Below, piece by piece: positions 12,275-25,500 of a stretch of DNA of 64,000 nucleotides. The notes beneath the pieces were generated by a model that was not told the DNA's origin, did not search any database, and was given only the letters and a program-made list of their open reading frames with translations. The stretch comes from Mustelus asterias (taxonomy: Eukaryota): positions 63,488,001 through 63,552,000 of the forward strand of contig NC_135808.1 in the NCBI RefSeq assembly GCF_964213995.1, in the 5' to 3' direction. The position numbers were made by a program, and so were the translations under genes. Positions within the stretch are counted from its first letter, which is position 1. Every line of letters starts with the position of its first letter.

Positions 12275-12660
12275 GAATGAGTGTTCATGATATGCAAATT
12301 AATGCAAATCACCTTCACGTCACTGGGCAAAGGAAGCAACGACCTGCCACTAACCTACCGGAGAATTTCAAATTGTTTTCACACCAGCGGGTTTACGACT
12401 TTTCGGTTCCTGCTGGATTCTCCACTCCCACCTGTTGCCAAACACACGACGGGCGGGATGGGAGAATCCCGCACTCCTGCCACTCACACCGATGGGATTC
12501 TTTGGTCCCACCGGCGGCCGCCGGTTTCCTGGCGGTGTGGGGTGGCTTCAGTGGGAATTCCCTTTGACGGCGGTGGGAGCAGAGGATCCTGCGTCAGTGA
12601 ATAGCGCGCTGCTCCTGCCAGCTAGAAAAACACCGGAGGAGAGGCCCAAGAATCTCGCCC
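12275..12660. mobile_element. Harbinger-type subterminal region; direct paralog at 13580-13895
   Basis: 12020-12545 (minus the PLE) aligns by eye to 13580-13895. Ends in AGAATCTCGCCC, a GGGC-type TIR-like end. Confidence 0.55.
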
Positions 12661-13004
12661 AGTATCTCTGCATTTGTGATTGAATAAATGTGTTATACCT
12701 CTTTCCCTGGAAGACAGAAGAGATAGATTAGGAAGGAGAATGTCAAATGAATAGATTAAACGTTGGCCCACTATTGCAATCTAGTTTATGTAGCTGTTTT
12801 GGACATGGTAAACAGGTTTGTTAATTTGTATTGGGTGGGAAATAATTGCACACACTGCAATCATATTTTAAAAAGTAATACACACTACAACTGGTTATTC
12901 CAGAGAAACCCAGGTGCCTGCGATACACTGAACTGCCTCTAGTTTAGGCAAGACAATGTGTTATGGATTCACTGCAGTTATTTTGTTGAGTTTCAGCTAT
13001 CAGA

Positions 13005-13312
13005 TGGGGTGGCACAATGGTTAGCACCGCTGCCTCACAGCGCCAGGGACCCAGGTTCAATTCCGGCCTCGGGTCACTGTCTGTGTGGAGTTTGCACATT
13101 CTTCCCGTGTCTGCGTGGGTTTCCTCTGGATGCTCCGGTTTTCTCCCACAGTTCAAAGATGTGCGGGTTAGGTTGATTGGCCATGCTAAATTGCCCCTTA
13201 GTGTCAGGGGAATTAGCAGGGTAAATGTGTGGGGTCACAGGAATCTGGGTGGGATTGTAGTCGGTGCAGACTCGATGCAGCCTTCTTCAGCACTGTATGG
13301 ATTCTAGATTCT
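13005..13312 (+). mobile_element. HE1-type SINE
   Basis: A/B boxes, core and tail. Confidence 0.9.
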
Positions 13313-14139
13313 AGAAATGTATATGTCAGATAATCTAAAAACGGTTAAGATACAGATATATTTGCCAACTTTCCAGGATTATCCTGAAGCCTCCAAAACC
13401 TACTGTTAGGAGCTTACTGAGAGAAAAATATGCAGGGACAGTTATTTTTTTTCATTTTCTTTAAATTATCAATTGGAAAAAGTTGGAGGTGGAATGAAAA
13501 AAGTTGTTTGGCTGACGATCAAGCACCATGAAACTGGGGTAATTATAAACCTGTTTGCTTTCTGATTGGCATCGGAAAGTGATGCAAGATTGGAAGGCCT
13601 GTCGAGATTTCAGTGAGCAGCTATTTTAATGAGTACCCACGAGATGCAAATTAATGCAAATCGCCTTCACGCCACCAGGCAAAGGAAGCACCAACCTGCC
13701 ATTACCCCACTGGAGAATTTCAAACTGTTTTCACAGTGGGTTTCCGACTTTTTGACTCCTGCTGGATTCTCCACTCCCACTCGTCACCAAACCCATCACT
13801 GCCGGGATAGGAGAATCCCGCTCTCCTGCCATTCACACCGGTGGGATTCTCTGGTCCCACCGGCGGCTGCAAGTTTCCCGGCGGTGTGGATTGGACATGG
13901 CGGTGGAGCAATGGCGGGAGTGCGGGGCAGGGATAGTTGGGAGGCAGGTGGAAACCTATGGAGATGCGTGCAACCATTGGTGATGCCAATTACCGGACCC
14001 AACCGCGAACCCTGACCCTCACACGCTGCTGCGTACATGGTACATCACATCAGTCCACCCGCTACACATTGGTCAGTCTGGGACCTCAGTACATTTTGCT
14101 GACATTAACTAAAGCCCCTCACCATTTCTGCATCACTTG

Positions 14140-14915
14140 ATTTCCAAAGCCACCAGTGCAGTGACAGGGATGCTCAGTCAAGCAGTTAGTGTAGCCAGTG
14201 TCAATGGATGCGAGGCTGGTTTGCATGATGGACTGGGACTTGTCCACGACCCTTTGTAGTTTCTTGTGGTCTTGGGCAGAGCAGGAGCCATACCAAGATA
14301 TGATACAACCAGAACAAATGCTTTCTATGGTGCATCTCTAAAAGTTAGTGAGAGTTGTAGCAGACATGCCAAATTTCCTTAGCTCAGTATTGAGCTAATC
14401 TGCAGCTCCTGGATGTCTGGTAAAGTTAATTGCCATCAAGAAGGAGCAGTTTGGGGGCCGCTTGGGTGAGGTATTAAACAAAGACCTTGTAGATGGCCCT
14501 TTATTTCATTCCAATGTGTTTATCTAGCCTATTTGCGTGATAGATTGACCTACATTCACAACCTTTTGTAGTTCCTTGCGGCCTTGGGCAGAGCAGGAGC
14601 CATACCAAGCTGTGATATAACCAGAAAGAGTGCTTTCAATGGTGCATCTGTAATAGTTGGTGAGAGTCGAAGCAGACATGCCAAATTTCCTTAGTGTTCT
14701 GAGAAGGTAGAGGCGTTGGTGGACTTCCTTATAGCGTCAGCATGGAGGGACCAGGACAGGTTGTTGGTGATCTGGACACCTAGAAGCTTGAAGGTCTCGA
14801 CCATTTCCACTTAGTTCCCATTGATGTAGACAGGGGCATGTCCTCCACTACACTTCCTGAAGTCAATGAGTCCTTCGTTTTGTTGACACTGAGGGAGAGA
14901 TTATTGTCGTCACAC
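14140..14915 (-). mobile_element. Two overlapping-homology Rex1/Babar LINE fragments (14140-14380, 14545-14915)
   Basis: Minus strand encodes DNNLSLSVNKTK..LRKFGMSA.TLTN.YRCTIES.L.GYITAWYGSCSAQ, typical of the Rex1 RT C-terminus. Confidence 0.75.
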
Positions 14916-17669
14916 CGGGCCTCCTTTTCAGGCTTTCTGCTTTCAGCTCCAACCACCATGCTTATTTGGAGCATGGGGTAGCCAGTTACGAGGTTCTCTG
15001 ACATAAAGTGACTTCAGCAGGTGCATTGAGACCATTTGCGGCCTCAGAACCTACATAGGGTCCCAACGTTAGATTGCTGAAGGAAATTTGGAGGAGCCAG
15101 TCCTTGGAACCTGGATGGTGGAGGGGTGGGTTCCTGAGTCTGGAGGACCCAAAAGACCCAAATCAGATGTAGGCACTGCTGAGTCAGGAGGGAAGGCAGG
15201 AATATATTCATTGTTGGTCTCTGGCCACAAATGGGGGAATAATAAGAAGGTGCAAGTGGGTTAGGGCCATCAGATGGGTGGATGAATGTTCCTCACAATA
15301 ATGGGCACAGCCGTTTATTAGCAAAACATCTTCCCTATTGAATGGTGTGCCTCTGGCCTGGGTAGCATGCCAGACTGGCATTGAGGGACTGTAACCCTTT
15401 CAAGGATAACCTCCTAATGTGATGCGTAACCTTTGTGCCAGCTGTGCCCCAGAATCCCGTGAAGCTAGGGCCATGTTGTGGATCTAATCCAATAGAATTT
15501 CCATCCCATTTTTGGGTGCTCCCTTCCCATGCCCACCAAACTTCAGGTCTACCCATTGCGAATTCTGCCCATTGCATCAGATTTAATGGTTACTCTGAAA
15601 TAAAAATAGAACATGCCGGAAATACTCAGCAGGTCTGGCAGCACCTATGGAGAGAGAATAACAGAGTCAACATTCTAGGTCACTGACATTTCAGAGCCAT
15701 TGGATTATTCTGTCTGTTAATGTGAGATCCAGTTGATATCTACTTTTATCCAACCAGTAATGGACATTTGTTTATGAAATTGGTGTGCATTTGGCCCATG
15801 TCGGAATCCGCAGAGAACATATTGTGCAATCGGATTCAGGAACACATGGATGGTTTGGGGAGAAATCAACTTGGAGCACTTGGGATCGCTTGTTTGTTGG
15901 GGAAAAGAAAGTAACAGTTTGAGCCGTAAACACATTCTGTCGTTATTTTCCACAGAATACATCAGGTTAGCAGATTTTGTTCTCTAAACATTGAGTTTCC
16001 AGGTAAACAGTCAAACGGTGAAAAACATCCTTCACACTCATGTTGGCTCCTGGTACACATTTTAACAGCAGCTGCCAGTGTGGAGCTCGAGGCCTGATGG
16101 AATGTTTCCTACTTCTTCTGACTCTGCGAGACAAGCAACTCTTATGCGGCTATTAGACATTCAGCCAATTTAAAAGGAAGCGTTGTTTAGCTCCAAATAC
16201 AGCACTGTTTGTCCTTGAAAGGCCTGCCTGTGTCATAATGTTACCAACGTTTACCTCAGAGACCAGCCACTGCTCAGTGCACCACCCCACATACCTGGGG
16301 CCGATTCTCAGCTGACCTTCAGTCAGATCAATGTTGATTGGATGACAACAACCTCAAAAGTGTGGTCAGTGGGCTTCCAGCCCTGCTAAAGGCAGTGCAC
16401 CTACGGGGGTAAAGGGACCTTTTGCCTTGGGAGACCGCAGTTCCCTTTTGTTTCTGAAGATGGGCTTTTGATTCTGAGGCACTATGGCCCAGTTTGGAAC
16501 ATGAGCTCAGTCCTGGTCTAATCTGTGGCCCTTAAATGGACCACTGGTGGCTGCTGCAGAAACAGCCCAGAGAGGTTTCTGGGTTACATTCCTGTTGCTT
16601 CTTCTGGCTCCACAGAAGGTCACTGGCACAGCTTCCATTGTTAAAATAAGCTCTCTGGTTTGTCACTATGGCCTTTTATACTGTACCATTGTCATTGATG
16701 CCATGCTAAAAACTGCACTGACAATGGGGTCATTATGCTTCTTGACTAATATTCCCGAACACATGGGGAGTGATCTTCCCAAAAAAATTCTAAGGGCGTG
16801 ATATTACAAAAAGAATTGTAAGTGCCAAACGAGCAAGAAAATGGCAGAGAATGGCGCCAGTTTTTTCGGCAAGCTGCGAGTCTCAAACTCAGTTCAAAAA
16901 AAAAGCCTGGATGAGATTCTCGCCAGTAGGGGGAGGCAGGTGGAGCCTGAACCCACCAGGGAAGCCGGCTGCTGAGCTCTTGGAGTGCCGATCACTCCCT
17001 GTGCTGGCTCATTGCTCCCTGGCCCAGTGTCGTCGTCGTCGTCCCCCCCCCGGATCGCTGCCTGTGCCGGTCTCTGTCAATCCCCCCACCGCTGATTGAT
17101 TGTTAGCATCTTACTCCAGTACAGGAAAGTCTCACGAAAGAGCTAACCCATCAGAGACATAGCAGATGTGGACAAGCAAAATAGCACTAGGCATAGCAGG
17201 ATCCCAAATCTGCAATAAGATTAATGACCAGTTAATTTTGTACAAGCATCGGAAAAATGATGGACAGTAAAAGAATATCTTGGCTGTTCAACCTGTCCCA
17301 CATAAATGTCTTGCCCTGTGAATTCATGTAACCTCCTGGGAGAGTCAAGAGAACAGATAAAAACTCAGACCCAATGGGGGAAATCTGTGGGGATTCCTGT
17401 CCGGCTCCCTCAGGCAATCAGAACGTGTCCAGGCCCTGGCTAATGTCAACAGGATATCTCCACTCTGGCTCTCATTACAAGGAATTCTGCGAATCAGCAT
17501 TCGATGTACCTTTGACTGGGAAAAGAGAGATCTCCAATTTTTCTCTTTCCAGAATTTCAGGATGGGACTCCTAACCTCTCCCCTGACATATATGCAACCC
17601 CCACCCATCCAGTGACCCATTTAATTTTAACAAAGACCAATGATCTCCACTGGGGTATGCTGGTGAACA

Positions 17670-17830
17670 ACCTCAACTGACCCTAAATAAACAAGATTAA
17701 CTGCTCATTCATCCCATTGCTGTTTGTGGAGTCTTGCTATGCATAGCTGCACTTGGTTGCTGAACAACAGTTGCTGTACTTCAAAGTAATTCATTGCGTG
17801 CTAAGCATTTCTGAGAGATGGAAAACCAAA
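17670..17830 (+). mobile_element. Deu-domain SINE remnant
   Basis: ATCCCATTGCTGTTTGTGGAGTCTTGCT..ACTTCAAAGTAATTCATTG. Confidence 0.5.
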
Positions 17831-18055
17831 TGATGTGAGTTCTTACACTGTTCATCAATCTAGTTATATAATTCAGACGGCTTTGTGCAATTCTCAAAAA
17901 TCACAGCTATCAAAGACAGATGTGGCTATTTAATAAGAGCTAAACATAGCAGTGGCCCAATGTCAAACCGACTGCAACAGACCTGCTTTTGATCTCTCAC
18001 AAGGCAAGGGATTGATTGATAAATAGCGATTTAGTGGTTCAGAACTTGAGTGTGG

Positions 18056-18170
18056 CTGAAAAATAGATACAAAAGCTTTTCATCTTGCACCCTCAGGACA
18101 ACTTGCAAGGGAACAACAATTTATACTTCATGAGAAGAGTGATGATTGATTGGTTGACATGTGGATTCTT
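18056..18170 (-). mobile_element. Old PLE terminal remnant (family 2) with a decayed HHR
   Basis: Minus strand TGTCCTGAGGGTGCAAGATGAAAAGCTT. Homologous to 32293-32410. Confidence 0.55.
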
Positions 18171-19224
18171 GTTGATATTTGGAAAACATATCACTGGTCA
18201 TCATTTCAATAACCAAATTGTCAGACATGTTTTATAAGTCTCTTGATATTGTTGACATAATTTAATGTTTTGTTGTTAGATATGTTAGATACTGTATTGA
18301 GATGTATTATTGATGAACTTTCAATTCAATTTTGTGGGGAAATAAAGAATTTGATGCATATTTTTCCTTCCTTTGCTGCATTTTTTGTCCCAATTTGTGA
18401 GTAATTTGTTGACAAATGTCCTGCAATTTATTTTATATCTACTCCTTCATGTGGTCAATTAGGTGTGTTACCCAGTCTCCTGTGTGGCACCATATTCTGA
18501 TACAACTGTTGCAAGAATACATTTATTGATTTTTGCACCTAGAAATTGTTCTATTTTGAGAATGGAGGGAGCCAACTCATTCTCAGTTAGTGTTAACAAT
18601 TGTCAAGCCAGGTTTCAGAAAACAATTTCGGATTGTATTAACTTCTGCACCTGGGTAGTTGTGCGCCTGACATTCAGACATCATGTAAGACGCATAAAGG
18701 CATTGTGAGATCTTCCTTGCCTACATTTGGAGATGTTTGCTTTGTTTCTCCTGTTTGAGGGCACTGTTAGCCTTTATAGGACACCCAACTTGAAACAGGG
18801 AGACCCATAGAAACTGGGAATTGAACTTATCTGTATGTTGACTTCAAAAAAGAAAACAGCTCTAATGGAAATTTCCACGCAGCACTGAGGTGATGATCCT
18901 TCGTCAGTCAAATTACCATACCATTTGTAAATGAAAAACACTACCACATTTGCACAAAAATTAGAACAAATGGGGTTCATTCAGTCGGTTAACCTTCACG
19001 GAACAGTGAATGCCAATGGAAGGACTAAGGTCAGAGGTTAGAGTTGCTCACTGGGTAATTCTTTGCTGAGACTGAGGGACAAACTGACTGAAGGTCTTTA
19101 AAAACTATATAGGGGTTTGAAAGGGTAGACATAGGGAACATGTTTCCACATGTGGGGAGAACAGAATTTAGAGTCATAAATATAAAATAGTCTCAACTAA
19201 ATCCAACAGGGAATTTGGAAGAAA

Positions 19225-19600
19225 GTTGAATAACTTGCAGTTATATCATGTTTTGCTCCAAAACACTTGACAGCCAATGAAATATTTTTGAATGGTATTT
19301 ATTGTTGTAATGTAGGAAATGCAACAGCCAGTCCGTGCCTCCCAGAAATAGTAATGTGAGAATGACCAAGTAATCTGTTTAAGTGATGTTGATTGAGGGT
19401 TAAATATTGGCCAGGACAAAGGGAGGACTCCAATGCTCTAGTATGAACCAGTAACACGGGAACATTGGTGGCTACCGGAGGGAGTTGATGGAGCCTCAGT
19501 TTAACATCTAATTCGATAGTAGTTGCCGCTAACAGTGCAGCACTCCCTCGGTAGTGAACTGATGTGCCAGTCTAGATTATTTACTCAAAACTCAGGAGTG
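19225..19600 (-). mobile_element. Deu-domain SINE
   Basis: TTGAGGGTTAAATATTGGCCAGGACA..CCTCAGTTTAACATCT..ACAGTGCAGCACTCCCTC. Homologous to 27985-28405. Confidence 0.65.
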
Positions 19601-20429
19601 CACATTGTTGTTCAGGAAGTTGCTTTAGGAGCTGTTCCTGTGTTTTACAAAGGATGTAAAACTGTGGGTGACAGACAGTTCAGTCGCTCTTGTTTGTGTT
19701 GTACTCTGTCACTTAATGATATCGCCAATGGCAAGATATACTTGGATTGCTGTCCAGGATTTTGTGTCTCCAATCATGTCCTTAATGGAAAGGAAGTACT
19801 GTGGTAAAGGAGACACATGGGACTGAATTTCACCAGCCCTTTGGGGATAGTGGTAAAGCTGGCAAAATGGCGAGGAAATGCATTGGGGGGCAGTCGGGTT
19901 GTGGGGCAGGGGGAAGGGGGTGGTGTTAGTGAAGGTGCCTGGTACCTTTCTACCCATCACACCTTTTTGCCGGAAGTGGGCAACATGGCACACAAAGTCA
20001 CTGAAAGCCCAATTAAGCCACTTCTCAGCCAATTAAGAGTCTCTTCCCACCTCCACATGGAGAAATCACCCTTCACTGCTTCGGGAGGCCACCAGGTAAA
20101 TTCTGTTGCCTTCCTTGCAGGTTCAAGGGTCAGGGACTCCATTATGGGCACTCAATGGTCCACAGTGGATTCACTTGGTTGCTATCTGAAAAATATTGCC
20201 CCAGGCGATGCTGCCCACTAAAATGTGGCTGCATTCCACTGTCAGCGCCAGTGTCCGGATTCCTGACCTCCTCTCATAGGAGCTGAGGGAGAGATGAGGG
20301 TGAATACAAACATAACTTTCCTTTCCAACCATTAGGACAGTTTAGCAGTTCATATTGTAACAGGGCTGCTGGATGAAAAAGAGAATATTTTAAGGTGATT
20401 TAAAGCTCAAAGAATTATAGGCAGATTAC

Positions 20430-21455
20430 TGACTTGTTGGTTAGGCAATAGAAGACAAATTTGGGACAGTAGTTATCTACCTGAATTGGAAAGTATTCCA
20501 GTAAGATCTATAATGTGCCTCTGTTCACTTTATTTATTAATGACTTCGGTAACACAATGGAGAGCCATTATTCTAAGTCTGCTGATAACACAAAGATTGG
20601 TGGCAGAGTAAATAGTGTAGGTGCAAGAACTAAATTACAAAACAACATCAATCGTGTGAAAGGACAAAACTGTGGCAGATGGATTTCAATGCAGGGAGAT
20701 GTGCGGTCATTCACTTTGGACAGAGAAGATTAGATTTGTTTAAAGGTGAAAAGTAAGAAAGAGAGAAGATCCAAAAATATTCAAGGGTTCAAGCACACAG
20801 ATCAGTAAAATGTATTAGTCAGCCCCCCAAATAAAATCAGAAATCCTGAAGGAATGTGGAGGGCTAGAACAGAAAAGGTGAGGGAGTTTTTCTATAGTGA
20901 TACAAAGCCCTGGTTAAACCCTAACAGGAGTACTGTGTACAGTTCTGGGCGTGACATTTTAGAAATAATATGTTGGCCTTGGAAGGCAAGCAGCATAAAT
21001 TCACCCAAAATGTTACCAAGACTCCCAAGAGTTAGATTAAGCAAAGGGACTCAAACACTTGTCTTGTATTCCATGGAATGTTAAAATGTAACGGGTAATT
21101 TAATTGAGGTCTTTAGAATTTTGAAATTAATTGATATGGAGGAGAGAGAGAAACCTTTTTCCTTTGTTAGGGAGTCTCGGAAAAGGGGGCATTACCTTAA
21201 AATCCGGAGCAAGATCAATCAAGGGAGAAGTTAGGAATCACTTCTTTGTGCAAATACAGAAGAGTGGAATTCTCTGAGCAGTAGATGTTTGTTCGATTAA
21301 TAATTTTAACTCTGAGATTGATCGTTTTTTTGATAGCCTTGGGCTATTGAGGGATATGGAGCCAAGTCAGCTAGATGGAGTTGAGATACAGATCAACCTT
21401 GATCTCATTGAAAAGAAAGTTCAGGTTCAAGGTTTTGAATGACTTGCCCCTGTTC
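20430..21455 (+). mobile_element. Highly decayed CR1-type LINE RT and 3' end
   Basis: PLFTLFINDF..SKSADNTKIGG..LQNNIN, with many frameshifts. Confidence 0.8.
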
Positions 21456-21672
21456 TGATGAGACAGCGTTGTAAGTCGACTGAATGAGTATTGTGAAGTG
21501 AATGAGAGGGTGTGATAAGATGAATGAGTAAGTCTTGTAGAATGAATGAGATAACATTGCATAGTAAATGTGTGCAGTTGGTGCTCATCATTGGCCACCG
21601 ATTGTGCCTTTGTTATAATATTTGTCGATGACAATATAATCATTATGTTTGACCCTGTTGTGAGATTAATTG

Positions 21673-21899
21673 CAGTAAGAAGTTTAACAACACCAGGTTA
21701 AAGTCCAACAGGTTTATTTGGTAGCAAAAGCCACACAAGCTTTCAGAGCTGCAAGCCCCTTCTTCAGACCTGAAGAAGGGGCTTGCAGCTCCGAAAGCTT
21801 GTGTGGCTTTTGCTACCAAATAAACCTGTTGGACTTTAACCTGGTGTTGTTAAACTTCTTACTGTGTTTACCCCAGTCCAACGCCGGCATCTCCACATC
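21673..21899 (+). mobile_element. Penelope-like hairpin element with 13-bp TSD
   Basis: Arms 21673-21767 and 21770-21864 (1 mismatch), tail to 21899. Flanked by GTGAGATTAATTG at 21660-21672 and 21900-21912. Confidence 0.9.
21770..21801 (+). ncRNA. Minimal hammerhead ribozyme core (mirror copy on - strand at 21736-21767)
   Basis: CUGAAGA-A-GGGGC-UUGCA-GCUCC-GAAA-GCUU, with palindromic AGCU stem III. Confidence 0.65.
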
Positions 21900-22196
21900 G
21901 TGAGATTAATTGGACAGACAACCAGACTGCAGCAAGACTGAGGAACTGACCTCAAACTTTGTTTAAACAGAATTCTTCAGAAGAGTCCCAAGGGTTGAGG
22001 TGAATAAACAAGTTATTTTGTAAGTCACTTTGGTTTATTGCAACTGAGTAATAAAGCACAGTTTTTGAGGTAAAGTAGTTAATTGAAGCTGTATCAGTGG
22101 TTTCCGATGTTTGGCAGAATGATTGTATGAGAAGCAGTCAGTTACTTTCAAAGTTTGATTTTGCTTATTATGTGGCCTTGATCAAATTGACTTTTC

Positions 22197-22512
22197 ATCA
22201 TAGAATCCCAACAGTGCATTAGGAGACCATTTGGCCTATCGAGCCTGCACCGACAACAATCTCACCCAGGCCCTATCCCCTTAACCCCATGTATTTACCC
22301 TGCTAATCTCTCTGACACTAAAGGGCAATTGAGTCTGACCAATCAACCTAATCTGCACATCTTTTGGACTGTAGGATGAAACCAGAGCACCCGGAGGAAA
22401 CCCACACAGGCACGGGGAGAACATGCAAACTCCACACAGACTGTGATCTGAGGTCGGAATTGAACCCGGGCCCCTGGCGCTGTGAGGCAGCAGTGCTAAC
22501 CATTGTGCCACA
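22197..22512 (-). mobile_element. HE1-type SINE
   Basis: A/B boxes, core and tail on the minus strand. Confidence 0.9.
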
Positions 22513-25500
22513 CTTCTGGCCTGAACCTGATTTTTTAAAAATCTCCCATTTGACCCCATGAATCTCAATAGACAGCATCTAGATTCAAGTATTTTCGTAG
22601 CTCTTACAAGATGACTGGAGCAAAAAAAATCACAACTTCAACTTAGAAGCTTGCAACTATCAGTGGAGTTACTTAAAGGCCCAATATCTACATTATAAGT
22701 ATATAGAGAGTGAGGAGACAGGCTTCAGACCTGTCACATACTGTAACAAGCCTGCAAATTTAGAAAATGCCAAGAAAGAAATAATTCTAATTGTTATTAC
22801 TGAAAGTTGTGAATTGCTGACGTGAGATTTTGTGCAGCCTTGGCGCCAAAGGACTCACGGTTAATGGTGCGTCAGAAAATTCCATGCTCTTTAAAACCTG
22901 CCCTTATTCCATTATGAGTGGTGTTGTTTAATTTGAATATTGTAGCGATTCACCGCAGGGCCCTTACCTGCAGTGGGAATAAACTGTTTCATCTGTTGCC
23001 ATTCCTCAGTGAGCAGTCAGGCTGCCAACCCAATAAACAATGACAAAAATGAAATAAGAACAGAAGGTGCTAGAAATATTCAGCAGCTCTGGCAAACATC
23101 TGAAACAGGGACAAGGGGCTGAATCTTCACCTCCCAGTACTCAACAAACACGTCAGGTGGATGAAACAGGAGGAGCGTTGGGCCATATTTTTTAATTTCT
23201 CCTCCAATTTCCACCACACGCCATTTTCATCAGGTCAGGAAAATATGGCCTGACCTGATGTTCATTTAAAGTGACATTGAGCACATTATTTAAATGCTTG
23301 TTATTTAAATGCCTGTTGCAAGTTCATGTTTCTCTGTCATTGCTATTTTCATGTAACAAATGGGTTCCTGAATGCTATGGGAACTGCCAGGTAAGTCAGC
23401 TCATGAACCTTGGGGGAAACCTGCTATGGATTTGGGAACCTTGTGATGGACAAGTTCGAATCCCCAGTGCCCTCTATGCCTCTTCCATGTCTCCTCACCT
23501 GGTATCCACTAGGTGCAGAACCCATTCGCAATGTAAGTCACGGGCACATCTTTACTTTTTCATAACCATTTCAATCTAATAAAGCAGATGTCTGGCCATC
23601 TGTGCAGCCTACTTATGTTGATAGTCATGACCTCATTATGAATGCTTGGCTGAACTCCAAGAATACCGACTGCATTCTGCTTTGCAGAGCTTGTTTACAT
23701 AGTTACAAAGGGAACTGTTATCTTTTTTTGAAGTTTCAACTTCAACTACAATAATGCAAGGGTTTATGATGATATAAGTATATTGTCAATGCAGTAATTG
23801 ATCATAGGGCCCAGTCCTTTAAAGGTGAGAAGCCATTAAATTGATCAACACTGTAATGATTCAGACCCATTAAGATACTTTTCTCCAGTGGATAAAGTTC
23901 TTTTCTACATTCTACAGTATGGAAAATCAGATATAAATGTATTTAGGGGAATTTTATGCTTTGATTTTCACATTGATTTAATGTCCTGACATCTGTTGAG
24001 CCTTTGAATTACTCTTCCAGTGTCCAACGGATACCGAACCAATGAGTTATATAATAATACTGGGAAGTCTTAGAAATGCTCATTGAAATGTTCAAGAAAA
24101 CAAAAAGAAAAACAATCAAGACATTCAGCTTTCCATTTGGAAAACCTTCCTCTTCTCATAAAACTGTGAATCAAATGTAGCCATTGAGAAAACTGTAATC
24201 CTGTCAAAATAAACAGATGGGCATTGAAAAACTGCTTCAAAGAAATATCAAATTATTACAGGGTAATAAAACTGTCAAGCAAAGATAGCAGTTCCCTTTA
24301 CAACTATGTGAACAAGCTCTACTGGGCTGGATGTGTTAGTCATTGTTGGAGCTCAGCCAGGCATTCATAGTGAGGCCATCTAGTAACCATCACATAAGGA
24401 GGCTGAACAGATGGCCAGACAGCTGCTATGATAGATTATCTCATTATGAATATTTGATTGAAATGGTATGAAAAAGCAAAGATGTAGTTCATTGCAAATG
24501 AGTTCTATACCTATTATACACTAGGTGAGGGGCATGGAGGATGCATGCAGCCATCAGGGATATGAGAGGTGGGGAATGAGGTGCGGTGAGAGGTAATGGT
24601 TGGAGGATCTAATAGCTATAAACTAAATTGGGTTGATGTCCCAGCAAATGGAGGTAGGCTGTCTTGGAGTCAAGGCTCCCTAGGCAGCACATTTCAAATC
24701 CATAACTGCTACAGGCTAGGTCAAGGACAGCAAATACTTAGGAACACTAACACCTGGAGGTTCCCCTGCAAGTTATTCATCACCCCCACTTCAAGGTATA
24801 TTGCTGCTCCTTCACGGTCCCTGTGTCAAAATCCTGTAATTCCCTCCCTAAAAGCACTGTGGCTGTACCTGGACCACATGGAATGCTGTCGTTCATGAAG
24901 GCAGCTCACCACCATCTTCTCAAGGGCAACTAAGGATGGACAATAAATGCTGGCCTAGCCAGCGATGCCAATATCCCGTAAATGAATTTTACAAAACACA
25001 GCTTCGCTTATAAATGCATGAGGCTAATTCCATTAATTCCCACTTTGTCCCTATTCAGCAGTAAATTTGGATTTGCATACAGCTTGGGCCTAGCTTTGCC
25101 AGCTGGTCTCCAAATAGAGCATTAGGAAATAGTACAGGGCAGGTGCAGGAAAGTTTGGGGTGTCCACTTAAGTGGGGCTCTCTCTGTACCCTAACTGGAA
25201 TATAAAATGTCTTCTGCCTTGTGTGAAAAATACAAAAGTGATTTCCTCATTGCTCCTGTTTCTGCCGGTGGCAACATCTGACTTCAAATGGTTACACATT
25301 GGTTTTAACAAAAGAATTATACTTCAGCTATGCCCGAAGTCAGTGGAACTCTCAGCTGGCTCCTTCCAGCATTACAAATGTTGCCCCAGTGACTTATGAG
25401 TTGAGAGGAGCCTCCATTCATTTCCATTATGGATATAATCGAATTGGTCACTCACCCAAATATTATTCTTATGTTGTACAGCAACTCCCCAGGCAAGGAA

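Noticed and set aside
16547-16801. ORF with a signal-peptide-like FLLLLLAP as COLGALT2 exon 1
   Set aside because: It starts at GTG, lacks the ARNAAH motif, has no phase-2 donor after a Trp codon, and runs into a repeat.
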